A stretch of 63,420 nucleotides of DNA, counting the filler, from Octopus bimaculoides (lineage: Eukaryota): NCBI RefSeq assembly GCF_001194135.2. It is 9 parts of 8 records of this genome, joined end to end, with 100 filler letters (N's around TTAATTAATTAA, not from the genome) between each part and the next. Parts side by side here need not be neighbours in the genome. Positions count along the whole stretch, not along the records: positions 1 to 8,320 come from NC_068996.1; positions 8,421 to 19,843 come from NC_068981.1; 7 more parts are not named here. One strand, written 5' to 3'. Below are positions 1-12,045 of the stretch, piece by piece (the first letter of the stretch is position 1; every line of letters starts with the position of its first letter). The translations under genes and the position numbers were made by a program. Under the pieces are notes generated by a model that ran no database searches, had not been told where the DNA came from, and saw nothing but the letters and a program-made list of their open reading frames with translations.

Positions 1-182
1 TATATTTATATATATATATTTATATATATATATTTCGCTCCGGCATGGCCAGACTAATAACCTGGTGTAGAACTCAATATACGTATATTCATATAACACA
101 ATGTTATATGGATATAGAGTGGTAATAAGAAAGAAAGAGATGACTCCGGAAAGAAGTCAAATGTTATGCAATGAACTTCATT

Positions 183-262
183 AGCTTAAAGCTGTTTCTG
201 CTATAAGTTCTGGTGGACTCCTAATTGAGTACCAGGATAACCTCCTATAGCTTCATCAGAGC
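183..262 (-). ncRNA. Type I hammerhead ribozyme-like motif, long stem II insert, cleavage helix mutated
   Basis: Minus strand: GGCT-CTGATGA-A-GCTATA-(~40 nt)-TATAGC-A-GAAA-C-AGCT-T-TA-AGCT. Core CUGAUGA/GAAA intact, palindromic AGCT loop, stem I GGCT/AGCT; G16.2 changed to T. Confidence 0.55.
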
Positions 263-1974
263 CATTAATATCAAGTGCACTTTATTTGAGAAAATTACAT
301 TTTCAGAACATACCGGCGTTATGTATATATGTGTATGCCTATGTGTATGTATGTATGCTTGTATGTATGTATGTATGTATGTATGTATGTATGTATGTAT
401 GTATGTGTGTATGTACTTACTTGTAAATGGATGCGTAGTTTTCAATTAAATAATATATATATATATATANNNNNNNNNNNNNNNNNNNNNNNNNNNNNNN
501 NNNNNNNNNNNNNNNNNNNNNNNNNNNNNNNNNNNNNNNNNNNNNNNNNNNNNNNNNNNNNNNNNNNNNNNNNNNNNNNNNNNNNNNNNNNNNNNNNNNN
601 NNNNNNNNNNNNNNNNNNNNNNNNNNNNNNNNNNNNNNNNNNNNNNNNNNNNNNNNNNNNNNNNNNNNNNNNNNNNNNNNNNNNNNNNNNNNNNNNNNNN
701 NNNNNNNNNNNNNNNNNNNNNNNNNNNNNNNNNNNNNNNNNNNNNNNNNNNNNNNNNNNNNNNNNNNNNNNNNNNNNNNNNNNNNNNNNNNNNNNNNNNN
801 NNNNNNNNNNNNNNNNNNNNNNNNNNNNNNNNNNNNNNNNNNNNNNNNNNNNNNNNNNNNNNNNNNNNNNNNNNNNNNNNNNNNNNNNNNNNNNNNNNNN
901 NNNNNNNNNNNNNNNNNNNNNNNNNNNNNNNNNNNNNNNNNNNNNNNNNNNNNNNNNNNNNNNNNNNNNNNNNNNNNNNNNNNNNNNNNNNNNNNNNNNN
1001 NNNNNNNNNNNNNNNNNNNNNNNNNNNNNNNNNNNNNNNNNNNNNNNNNNNNNNNNNNNNNNNNNNNNNNNNNNNNNNNNNNNNNNNNNNNNNNNNNNNN
1101 NNNNNNNNNNNNNNNNNNNNNNNNNNNNNNNNNNNNNNNNNNNNNNNNNNNNNNNNNNNNNNNNNNNNNNNNNNNNNNNNNNNNNNNNNNNNNNNNNNNN
1201 NNNNNNNNNNNNNNNNNNNNNNNNNNNNNNNNNNNNNNNNNNNNNNNNTATACATAAATACACACATACACACATACATACACGCATACACATACATGCA
1301 TACATACATACATACATACATATATACATACATACATACATATACATACGTGCATACATACATACATACACATACATACGTACATACATACATACACACA
1401 CACATACGTACATACATACGTATATACATACACACACACATACGTACAAACATACATACATACATACATACATATACATAAATACATACATACATACATA
1501 CATACATACATACATACATACATACGTACGTACGTACATACATACATACATACATACATGCATAAATACATATATACATAAGTAGGAAAAGAGCAGATTA
1601 TAGATGAAATGTTGCTTGATACGGTTGTTTCGATCTTGGTTGTTTCCTAATGTTTTGTTGTAAATATTATTGCTTAATCTTCATTTTTTTTCTTTCATTT
1701 CTTTTGTTCTTTTTTTTTCTTGCTTGGAACGCACGACGAAACCTGGTCAACCAAGCGTGAAATATATCAAACGTTAGAAGCTTAAGTATTGTATCTTACA
1801 ATGCACACACATACACAAGCATCGACACACACTCATGAATATATATACACACATAAATTCGGGCATACATACATAGAAGCATATATACGCACAGAACATA
1901 GATACATACACACATAGATACATAAATATACACATACATACATACATACATACATACATACATACATACATACA

Positions 1975-2005
<31 letters not shown>

Positions 2006-2210
2006 GTTTATACATGATTACGTATGCTTGACTAAGCACGTTATTTACAGTCACAATTAGTCACACAAGCACAGAAATATATACCACATACACAACTATA
2101 CATTTTGAAAACGCTGGCAAATAAAACGACATTCGTACTATAACTATATAAACACTATACTCAACATCTTATTTTTTTAATCTTATTCATTCATTATTAT
2201 TTTATTTTTT

Positions 2211-2447
2211 TACTTGTTTCAGTCATTTGACTTCGACCATGATGAAGCACCGCCTTGAATGATTTTAGTCGAGCAAATCGACCCCAGGACATTTCTTAAG
2301 CCTAGTACTTATTCAATCAATATCTTTTGCTGAACAGCTTAGTTACGGGGACGTAAACACACAAACGCCGGTTGTCAACTGGTTATGAGGGAACAAACAG
2401 ACACAAAGGACACACACACAAATATATATACATATACATATGCGTAT

Positions 2448-2490
<43 letters not shown>

Positions 2491-2648
2491 CACGACAGTC
2501 TTCTTTCAGTTTCCGACTACCAAATCCACTTACAAGGCTCTGGTCGGCCCAAGGCTATGATAGAAGACACTTGCCCAATTTTCCATGCAGTGGGACTGAA
2601 CCGGGAACTATGTAGTTAGGAAGCAAACTTTTTACCACACAGCCACGC
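2211..2648 (-). mobile_element. tRNA-derived SINE family A (bipartite, internal microsatellite)
   Basis: Reverse complement of the copies at 7385 and 58007: tRNA-like head, CORE-like CCTTGGGCAAGTGTCTT, (TA)n/(TG)n middle, tail ...GTCAAATGACTGAAACAAGTAAA. Confidence 0.85.
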
Positions 2649-3573
2649 TCTTGTATTAGAAAAAAATTTTGTAAAAAGAAAAGAGCATGAAAAAAGTAAG
2701 TCCTAAAACATGCTTATATAACACATATACACATGTGCGCGCGCATGCAAACAGACACACACATATACATATATACATAAACCATGGCTTGCCTTCGTGA
2801 CCGAAGATTTACGGTGAGGGACGTTTACATCTCCTGCAAGCTTGGTTCATGCTTGACGAGTCTGATTCAAGAGAAACAAGCAGGATTGCAGAAGCTGAAT
2901 GGGAAGGTAGGTTAATCAGAACTAGTCGTACTCTCGTGGAAGCGTCTTCTAGCTACCAGCAACCCTTTCTTCCAGTAGTAACACAGTCTGAAGACTACCT
3001 GGATGCACCTTCGCACAAAGAACTTGCATGCCATCTATTACATTCTGGTGTGTAAGAGAGACCAGTTCTTTATACTAGTATGAAACATACATACATAGAT
3101 ACATACATACTCACGCATACGCACACACACATATACACATGCATACGTGCATGCACACATACATAGACACATATATACATTCAAACATACATACAATTGT
3201 CATTATAGGTACTTTAAGTTATGTAGCAACAAATTTGCACAAAAATCTAGAATTACTAGATTTCACGGAGATAGAGCAAAAATAGAAAGAAAAAAGAAAA
3301 AGTTTAATGTGGATTCTCCAAATCCACTCTATTAGTGGCACAGTAAAGATTTGTAAGACATTCCAAAAATTCTCCATCTGAGATTCTTTTGCGAATACAT
3401 GCACACACTTGGGTGTATGCATCGACAGTTCAACCAACACACTAACTCAAACACATATTTACTAGCGATCGCTATGAACTCTCTCAAAAAGAAAACTCAT
3501 ATATATATAAAAGTGTGTGTATACACTCCCCACCACACACACACTTACACAGACATATACATGTAGATAAATA

Positions 3574-3670
3574 AGACGGGCTTCTTTCAAGTTCTACATA
3601 ACAGATCCGTTCGCAGTGGGAATGAACTGAGAACCGTGTGGTTGGGAAGCAAGCTTCTTACCGCACAGCC
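3574..3670 (-). mobile_element. SINE family A, left-half fragment
   Basis: Matches family A head (GGCTGTGCGGTAAGAAGCTTGCTTCCCAACCAC) and GAAAGAAGCCCGTC. Confidence 0.7.
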
Positions 3671-3769
<99 letters not shown>

Positions 3770-3789
3770 TGTATGTATGTATGTATGTA

Positions 3790-3822
<33 letters not shown>

Positions 3823-4984
3823 TTATTTACACACACACAAACACAAGTGTTGTTGAATATATAAAAGCAACAAATATAAGTTGTTGAAATATTTAGTACA
3901 AGATGGGAGACAGTTCAAAGTTTGGCCAAAGGGTGGCTTTAAAGTATCAGAACTAGAACTTATGTGTAATGTGAATGGTAAAAAGGTGAAGTGTGGTCTT
4001 AGGTAAATAAGTGAGATTCAAGGTCGAAGAAAGTCGAACAAGAACAAATAGGAAACCCTGAGTTTGGTTGTATTGATAAATCGATTAGTGATGGGGAAAG
4101 AAAAAGGAGTGAATGATACTGAATATAGCGTCAGTGCGTGTTTGTTTTTCTAATGATTGAAAGGTCAGCGGAAAAGAAAATCGAGATGTTGGAACTGTCC
4201 CCCGTAACGGCTGAAATGAAATAGTTTAGGTAAAAAGTAATTAAGGCCTAGTTCAACGAATGAAGGATAGAAGAAAATAAATAAATAACACTAAGGAATA
4301 ATTTAGAAGTTTAAAAGACGAAACCCATAAAGGAATCAAGAAGCAGTGTAAATGATAGAGCTAAGTTAAAATTCTGTTGAGTTTTAATTTTGTCATAGAT
4401 ATTTTCAGTTAAAGAGACACTAGGATATTGTAATGAGTCACTGAGAAAAAAATTGGCTTTTTTGAGGAAGTAAAATATAACCGAATAACCTATACTATAT
4501 ATGTTAGCCAAATAGAAATTAATCTGCTCTTTAATATACAAGTTCTTACACCTAAAACCAACATTTTCCTGCAAACTCTTAAATAAACATTTTCCTTTCA
4601 ACCATAATTACCGTAAACAATTAAACCAAAATAATTTATATTACGTTCTAAACATTAGTTAAACCTAATTTCTCACAATTATCACAAATCTCTCCTAACA
4701 GTAACTGTATCAATCCTGAAATACATCCATTCCAGGAAATTACCGGGGTAAAATATCTTCATTTTTTTCATATATATGTTAAATAAAAACAAGTAGAAAT
4801 CTAACTATTTTTGCAATAAAAAAAAAATTGTAAGTACAGGTACAGGTTAACATTAATCTCCTTAAAACAGCCGAAAATATTCTAATTGTTATTATATAAT
4901 CTCAAATTATCCTAATCTAGTGTTTATAATGAAGGATATTTCAGTAAGGTCTTTTATTTCAGATTTAATCAAATAATACAGTGA

Positions 4985-5150
4985 ACCCTTATAGACATTC
5001 GGTATTTAAAATAAAATTTTTACAATTAACTATTATTAAGAATTGTTTTTTAAAAAATGTTAAAATAAATGTATTGTAGAAGTACAATCGATTTATTGCA
5101 CATAAATTTTAACAACTAAATCTTTTATGGACCCCGGTTGAGAACCTCTG
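4985..5150 (-). mobile_element. hAT (Charlie-like) non-autonomous element end
   Basis: Terminal CAGAGGTTCTCAACCGGGGTCC on minus strand resembles hAT termini CAGNGGTTCTCAAC; other end not identified. Confidence 0.35.
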
Positions 5151-5186
5151 ATCTAATATATACATATATTCACGAGTGTGTATGGG

Positions 5187-5222
<36 letters not shown>

Positions 5223-5565
5223 GTGCGTTTATCCTCTGTATGGTATATTTACATACATTCATATGCGCATACATAAATACATACATATATCCATAAATAT
5301 ATGCATATAAAAATGTATATATGTATGCACGAGTTGGGGCTAAAATGTTCATGTCTTTGGGTAAAAGAAAACACAGGAGGATCAATTATTTATGGATTTA
5401 TTTCACAAAATCCCTTCTCAGATTTATACACCTATTGCAGGGTTCGTTCAGTTTTTCTAAGCTATGTAAAAGACCTGGGAAGGTTGTGCCTCCAATCAGG
5501 CCTTGCGCAATACCCTTAGACCCAGGAACGCCTATACATTAAGATATATGTATATGTGTGTGTAA

Positions 5566-5756
5566 GGCGGCGAGCTATCAGAATCGTTAGTACGCCGGGC
5601 AATATGGTTAGCGTCATTTCGTTCATCTTTACGTTCTGAGTTCGAATACCACTGAGGTTGACTGACTTTCATCCCTTCGAGGATGATCAAATCAGTACCA
5701 GTTGAGCACTGAGGTCGACGTTATCGACTTACCCGTTTCCCCGAAATTTGAAATCA

Positions 5757-5758
<2 letters not shown>
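5566..5758 (+). mobile_element. tRNA-derived SINE family B
   Basis: Head GGCGGCGAGCT..AGAATCGTTAG, B-box-like GAGTTCGAATAC, central GAGGTTGACT..TTTCATCCCTTCGAGG..AGTACCAG (resembles Meta/MESC-type domain from memory). Confidence 0.8.
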
Positions 5759-5828
<70 letters not shown>

Positions 5829-6004
5829 TCTGCACTAAGATCGTGGTTTCGAATCCCATATCGGCCGTTCATTGTGTTCTACATTGATGTAATTTTTTTT
5901 TATCGTTTCCTAGATGAAACTTGACCAGATCCTACTCAGAACAGTCTCTGCTGGAACAAATACCAGAAAGTGATCCGTCCACCAGTCTAACGACTTTGCC
6001 AATC

Positions 6005-6009
6005 CGTTG

Positions 6010-6040
<31 letters not shown>

Positions 6041-6465
6041 CATACATACATACACACATGCATGCATACATACACACATACATGCATACATACATACATA
6101 CATACACACATACATGCATACATACACACATACATGCATACATACATACATACATAATACATACATACATACACACATGCATGCATACATACACACATAC
6201 ATGCATACATACATACATACATACACACATACATGCATACATACACACATACATGCATACATACATACATATATACATACATACATACACACATGCATGC
6301 ATACATACACACATACATGCATACATACATACATACATAATACATGCATACATACACACATACATGCATACATACATACATACATGTATGCATGCATGCA
6401 TACATACATGTATGCATGCATGCATACACACATACATACATACATACATGTATACATACATATAC
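6005..6465. repeat. (CATA)n-derived compound microsatellite with higher-order variants
   Basis: Direct reading: CATA, CACA and CATG variants in recurring order. Confidence 0.95.
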
Positions 6466-6516
6466 GTATACCTTCATAATTACATACAAAAATACATTCT
6501 TAATTGTTCTATTGTT

Positions 6517-6694
6517 ATTTGTTTCAGTCATTAGACTGAGGCCATACTGGGGCACTACCTGGAAGGAATCGACTCCCAGTACTTATTTCAATGCCTGGTA
6601 CTTATTCTATCGATAACGGTTGTCGGACCGCTAATTTATAGGAACGTAAGCATAGCAACTCCGGTTGTCAGTCGGCGTTGAGGGGCAAACACAG

Positions 6695-6784
<90 letters not shown>

Positions 6785-6810
6785 TTGACGGTCTTCTTTC
6801 AGTTTTCGTA
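6517..6810 (-). mobile_element. SINE family A right half (diverged) with (CA)n
   Basis: TTGTTTCAGTCATT...GACGGTCTTCTTTCAGTTTTCGT matches family A. Confidence 0.65.
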
Positions 6811-7146
6811 TACTAGTTGAAAAAGTAAAAAAGATGTGTATGTGTGTATGTATGTATGTATGTATATCTATGTACATATATACGTGTGTGTGTTTATATA
6901 TAAGGAGATTTCGTTAACTTACGTAATGTAATAGGTATGTACTATGAGTGCTCAGCTTGGTTTATCACTACAATTCCTGCCTGAAATGCGACTGGAAGTG
7001 TAATGTTGAGACTGTCTGTCAGAGGTGGGAAGAAGTGGTTTCTTCATGACTGGGTAGATATAGATGAAAGTGAAAATGAAAAAGCAAAACGTTTGGCAGC
7101 AGTCGAAAAAAGATTTAATTTATATGGAGAATATAACCAGATAGAA

Positions 7147-7236
7147 TCTCTTACAGCTGTTTCTAGAATAGCCAAACGTATGGCTCATGATATTGAGTAA
7201 GGATTCCATAAGTGGAGTATACCGTCATCAGAGATA
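7147..7236 (-). ncRNA. Type I hammerhead ribozyme-like motif, long stem II insert
   Basis: Minus strand: TATCT-CTGATGA-CGGTATA-(47 nt)-TATTCTA-GAAA-C-AGCT-GTA-AGAGA. Canonical core, GUA cleavage triplet and palindromic loop III; stems I and II partly mismatched. Confidence 0.65.
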
Positions 7237-7384
7237 AAGAAGTCATAAAACAGTGAAAATGATGGAATATCTCTGCTCGATGATATTAGTATATTCCAGT
7301 TAGTCAAAAATGAGGGAAAGATCAGAGTAAGATAGATATGCATTGCGTAGTTCCATGTTCGAATAAATAATACAGTTATAGTAT

Positions 7385-7550
7385 AGGCGCAGGAGTGGCT
7401 GTGTGGTAAGTAGCTTGCTTACCAACCACATGGTTCCGAGTTCAGTCCCACTGCGTGGCACCTTGGGCAAGTGTCTTCTACTATAGCCTCGGGCCGACCA
7501 AAGCCTTGTGAGTGGATTTGGTAGACGGAAACTGAAAGAAGCTCGTCATA

Positions 7551-7595
<45 letters not shown>

Positions 7596-7805
7596 TTGTG
7601 TGTCTGTGCTTGTCCCCCCCCCCACCATCGCTTGACAACCGATGCTGGTGTGTTTACGTCCCCGTCACTTAGCGTTCGGGTTCGGCAAAAAGAAATCGAT
7701 AGAATAAGTACTAGGCATACAAAGAATAAGTCCTGGGGGTCAATTTGTTCGACTAAAGGTGGTGCTCCAGCATGGCCGCAGTCAAATGACTGAAACAAGT
7801 AAAGA
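7385..7805 (+). mobile_element. SINE family A, full length
   Basis: A box TGGCTGTGTGG, B box GAGTTCAGTCCC, CORE-like CACCTTGGGCAAGTGTCTT, (TA)n(TG)n middle, right half ending GACTGAAACAAGTAAAGAGA. Confidence 0.9.
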
Positions 7806-7933
7806 GAGAGAGAGAGAGAGAGAGAGTCCATTAGTAGTTTTAAATGAGAATTGTCGATGATAATCCACGGCAAGGAATAATGGAAGTTACCAGTTTCAAT
7901 TTTGAATACAGGGTACATGACGGTTGAGTAGAA

Positions 7934-8018
7934 CTGATGAAGGAATACTCACCTTATGGAATACTTACTCAGTACCATGATCTATATGCGTGGCTATTCT
8001 AGAAGTTACTGTAAGAGA
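7934..8018 (+). ncRNA. Degenerate hammerhead-like motif, inverted homolog of 7147-7236
   Basis: CTGATGA-AGGAATA-(insert homologous to the 7147 copy)-TATTCTA-GAAG-TTACT-GTA-AGAGA; GAAA and helix III mutated. Confidence 0.45.
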
Positions 8019-8320
8019 TTCTATATTTATATTATCTACGTAAATTAAGTGTCTTTAACAGAGTGACGAGTGATGCCAAACGTTTTGCTTTTGTGTGTGT
8101 TTGTGTGCGTGTGCAGTTAGATAGATAAATCAACACATACATACATATATCTATGTACATATATACATTTTTAATTAATATAAGTATATATTATATATAT
8201 AGGTATATATATATATGCATAGGTTTAATTGTATTTCTTTCAACACACGTATCCACATCAAGAATCTTGCACACGAAATACACATACGAAATATATATAT
8301 ATGTATATATATATATATAT

Positions 8321-8420
8321 NNNNNNNNNNNNNNNNNNNNNNNNNNNNNNNNNNNNNNNNNNNNTTAATTAATTAANNNNNNNNNNNNNNNNNNNNNNNN
8401 NNNNNNNNNNNNNNNNNNNN
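8321..8420. other. Assembly gap placeholder (44 N + TTAATTAATTAA + 44 N)
   Basis: Same 12-mer inside N runs at 8365, 19888, 32753, 48757, 55981, 58991, 61017 and 62211; it gives stop codons in all six frames. Confidence 0.95.
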
Positions 8421-8538
8421 ATTTCTATAGCAAAGTGTATTTCGTTTTATAGATATCTCATTTAACTTACGGATTGAATGCTCTATTTTCGTTCGTGTGA
8501 TCAATTTATGTATATATATATGTCAATCTCTCTCTCTG

Positions 8539-8610
<72 letters not shown>

Positions 8611-8628
8611 TCTATCTACCTGCCTACA

Positions 8629-8661
<33 letters not shown>

Positions 8662-8669
8662 GTTTGTGT

Positions 8670-9020
8670 GTGGCCGAGGTCGACTTTGCCTTTCATCCTT
8701 TCGGGGTCGATAAATTAAGTACCAGTCACGCACTGGGGTCGATGTAATCGACTTAATCCCTTTGTCTGTCCTTGTTTGTCCCCTCTATGTTTAGCCCCTT
8801 GTGGGCAATAAAGAAATAAGAAACGCTAGCACGCCGGGCGAAATACTTAGCGGTATTTTGTCTGTCTTTACATTCTGAGTTCAAATTCCGCTGAGATCGA
8901 CTTTGCCTTTCTTCCTTTCGGGGTCAATAAATTAAGTACCAATTGCGTACCGGAGTCGATCTAATCGAATAGCCCCTTCCCCAACAATTTCGGGCCTTGT
9001 GCATAGAGTAGAAAAGATTA
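8670..9020 (+). mobile_element. SINE family B head-to-tail dimer
   Basis: Unit with tail ...GGGCAATAAAGAAATA joined to AGAAACGCTAGCACG of a second unit ending ...GTGCATAGAGTAGAAAAGATTAT. Confidence 0.9.
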
Positions 9021-9028
9021 TAAAGCAA

Positions 9029-9058
9029 GTTACGAATACACCATAGATTCTTCGTCAG
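9029..9058 (-). ncRNA. Degenerate hammerhead-like core
   Basis: Minus strand: CTGACGA-A-GAAT-CTATGGTGT-ATTC-GTAAC (GAAA changed to GTAA); helix III and stem I not recoverable. Confidence 0.3.
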
Positions 9059-9276
9059 TGAGTGAAAGAACAAAGCAACGAGAAATTTCATCTCAAAGTC
9101 TAGTAATTATGATGCAAAAATTGGTTCACGTACAAAGGTATTAAAAACGTCCTTCGCTAGGTATAGATCTATAACAGTACGTTATTCACAAAGACATAAG
9201 ATATGGAAAAATGCCGTCCTACACAAAGTTCATGTACATATGTGTGTGTGTGTGTGTGTGTGTATGTGTGTGTGTA

Positions 9277-9777
9277 TACGTGGTCTGGTCAATAAGTATC
9301 CGGACTGTTGCTATAGTAACGAAGCTAAAGCACGGAAAATGAAGTCGCTCGTCACGGATTGACATTGGACTCTTCTATGTATGCGCACGAGGTTTTAACG
9401 TTCTAGCTCACTTCTGTTGTTTACAGTAGTGCTTGGAAGGAACGTGTGTAGCGTGTGATCGTCGCATTGACCAAGACAGAGGAGGCTGAGCACAGAATTT
9501 GAATCAAATTTTGCCAAAAGTTTGGCGATACCTACTCAGAGGCCTACGCAAAGTTTTCAAAAAGTTTCCATTGTTCTCGACACAGTCAAGATCTTGTGCA
9601 ACTGAAACCTGAGTGTCTTTTTTGGTCAGCTGAAAGCAGTTTGGGCACAAATCTTAAGTGGTAATGGACTAAATTGGATCGTAACTAATCCGCACATCCT
9701 TTGATAACTCACGAATGGTGATTTCCTCACACAACTGCACGCACATCTGCGATGTTTTTCTCAGTTTTGCTGGTTCT
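9277..9777. mobile_element. mariner-family transposon relic with internal inversion
   Basis: TA-flanked TIR-like TACGTGGTCTGGTCAATAAGTATCCGGAC; plus-strand ..EHRI*IKFCQKFGDTYSEAYAK; from ~9555 the transposase continues on the minus strand (RTSKTEKNIADVRAVV..RFVPKLLSADQKDTQVSVAQDL). Confidence 0.8.
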
Positions 9778-10420
9778 NNNNNNNNNNNNNNNNNNNNNNN
9801 NNNNNNNNNNNNNNNNNNNNNNNNNNNNNNNNNNNNNNNNNNNNNNNNNNNNNNNNNNNNNNNNNNNNNNNNNNNNNNNNNNNNNNNNNNNNNNNNNNNN
9901 NNNNNNNNNNNNNNNNNNNNNNNNNNNNNNNNNNNNNNNNNNNNNNNNNNNNNNNNNNNNNNNNNNNNNNNNNNNNNNNNNNNNNNNNNNNNNNNNNNNN
10001 NNNNNNNNNNNNNNNNNNNNNNNNNNNNNNNNNNNNNNNNNNNNNNNNNNNNNNNNNNNNNNNNNNNNNNNNNNNNNNNNNNNNNNNNNNNNNNNNNNNN
10101 NNNNNNNNNNNNNNNNNNNNNNNNNNNNNNNNNNNNNNNNNNNNNNNNNNNNNNNNNNNNNNNNNNNNNNNNNNNNNNNNNNNNNNNNNNNNNNNNNNNN
10201 NNNNNNNNNNNNNNNNNNNNNNNNNNNNNNNNNNNNNNNNNNNNNNNNNNNNNNNNNNNNNNNNNNNNNNNNNNNNNNNNNNNNNNNNNNNNNNNNNNNN
10301 NNNNNNNNNNNNNNNNNNNNNNNNNNNNNNNNNNNNNNNNNNNNNNNNNNNNNNNNNNNNNNNNNNNNNNNNNNNNNNNNNNNNNNNNNNNNNNNNNNNN
10401 NNNNNNNNNNNNNNNNNNNT

Positions 10421-10480
10421 TTCCCTTCGTCGGCGTTCGACAGCTGATGACCTTGGTGAGAGAGACAAAAACCTGGCAAA
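10421..10480 (-). ncRNA. Partial hammerhead (5' half) plus foldback arm, remainder in gap
   Basis: 10421-10440 is identical to 10766-10785 (CGAACG-CCGACGA-AGGG on minus strand); 10441-10480 resembles the reverse complement of 10700-10740. Confidence 0.5.
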
Positions 10481-10588
10481 TTTATATCTTCTTTTCCAGT
10501 GAAATTCTTCACTGATATTGAAAAGGTGAAAACAAGCAATGTTAATTCTCTAAATGAAGTATTAACAGTAACTGCACGATAAAGTGTA

Positions 10589-10785
10589 GTATATTGCCAC
10601 TTAAGTGTGGCTGACCCCTAGGGGTGGATGTTACTGTTGCTTTTAGCCCCAGGAGGACATCTCCTCCAGCTGGCTTATCGACACACGACTGTGTCCTGTT
10701 TGCCAAGGGAAGTTATCCCTCTCACCTCGATCAGCAGCACGAACGTATCCGGATTTCAGGGTTATTTCCCTTCGTCGGCGTTCGA
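10589..10785. mobile_element. Foldback/MITE-like element arm ending in a hammerhead
   Basis: Shares TAGCCCCAGGA.GA.ATCTCCTCCAGCTGGCT..TCGACACAC with the palindrome at 20591-20892; truncated by (CA)n. Confidence 0.7.
10740..10784 (-). ncRNA. Minimal type I hammerhead ribozyme (U4C variant)
   Basis: Minus strand: CGAACG-CCGACGA-AGGG-AAATAA-CCCT-GAAA-T-CCGG-A-TA-CGTTCG. Perfect 6-bp stem I, 4-bp stem II, palindromic ATCCGGAT helix III and AUA triplet; core CCGACGA rather than CUGANGA. Confidence 0.7.
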
Positions 10786-10873
10786 TACACACATACACAC
10801 ACACACTCACACAAACACGCACACACACACACACACACATACACACACACACACAAACACGTACACATATGTG

Positions 10874-11190
10874 AAGGCGTGTGGTTTAGTGGTTAGAGCA
10901 TTTGGTTCACGGTCTTAAGGTTGTGCATTCAATTCCTGGTAAGGTGTTGTGTCCTTGAGCAAGACACTTTGTTTCACGTTGCTCCAGTCCACTCAACTGG
11001 CAAAATGAGTGCTACGGGTATTTCAAAGGCCAGCCTTGTCACACTGTGTATCACACTGAATCTCCCTGAGAATTATGTCATGGGTACACGTGTCTGTGGA
11101 GTGCTCAGCCACTTGCATGTTAATTTCACAAGCAGGCTATTTCCTTGACGGATCAACTGGAACCCTCGTCGTCGTAACCGTCAGGTTGCC
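10874..11190 (+). mobile_element. tRNA-CORE SINE family C
   Basis: Head GGCGTGTGGTTTAGTGGTTAG, GTGTCCTTGAGCAAGACACTT, body shared with 40350-40735. Confidence 0.8.
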
Positions 11191-11819
11191 AGTTTTATAT
11201 ACATAATGGTTTTAACTAGATTTCGAGCAATGTCATCATTTGATTGTTGTCTTAAAGCAACGTGACCTTTTAATCCTGCTTTTTCAAAAATGGACGATGT
11301 GACAACGAAATGCACCTCTCGCAGTCTGTATTCAGAGAGTTATCTCCCATGCTGACAAATGCCTTTATTTCATCATAGCATGTTTCATTGTTTGTCTTGA
11401 TCTTTTTTTTTGTTTTTGTTTTTACTACGGCCAGCCATAGAAATGAAGCGATGCTGTGCCTGAAACTTTTGAAAGTGAGGAAAGGTCTTGCACAAGGCCA
11501 ATCCCACTCACTAAACAACTTCTGCATTTCCCCAAAATAGAGAACTAGTCTACATCATTGGGTGCAAACAAAGTCGCAGATGTAACATCTGAGTTTCCTT
11601 TCTCTTAGATAGCTGCTAAACAAAGACTTGATGTTTTTCCCTCCTAGCTGTTGGATGGCTGTTGACACTACCTGAGTTCTTCCGACCATTGGCAGGTTTT
11701 GTTTTTCGCTCTGCAGGGTGTTAATCGAAAGCCATCATCCTTACTAAGCAGGCTTGATAGGGTTGTCGGTTTAGTCCGACCAAGCGACAGGTTGTACTAG
11801 GTTACATGTTATCAGCAGT

Positions 11820-12045
11820 AGAGGCGCGTGGATTAATGGTTGGGGTGTGGGACTCATGATCGTAAGAATGTGGTTTCGATTCCAGGATCAGGTGACGCGT
11901 TGTGTTCTTGAGCAAACAATTCATTTCACGTTGCTCCAGTTCGTTCAACTGGCAAAAATGGGTAATCCTGTGACGGACCGACGTCCCGTCCAGGTTGGGA
12001 ATATATACACCATAGAAAACGGGAAACTGGTCCTTATGATTCGAT
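11820..12045 (+). mobile_element. tRNA-CORE SINE family D
   Basis: tRNA-like head, TGTGTTCTTGAGCAA, CCTGTGACGGACCGACGTCCCGTCCAG; homologous to 31994-32215. Confidence 0.7.

Noticed and set aside
2780-3060. Possible RTE 5' end or ribozyme
   Set aside because: No hammerhead core fits, and HDV-like folds cannot be judged reliably by eye; needs an Infernal scan.
5890-6010. Possible exon after TTTTTTATCGTTTCCTAG
   Set aside because: No convincing donor or homology; may be a CR1-like 3' remnant (NSLLEQ).
11270-11790. 85-aa ORF and splice-acceptor-like TTTTCGCTCTGCAG
   Set aside because: No recognisable protein; possibly an old LINE remnant; unsupported either way.
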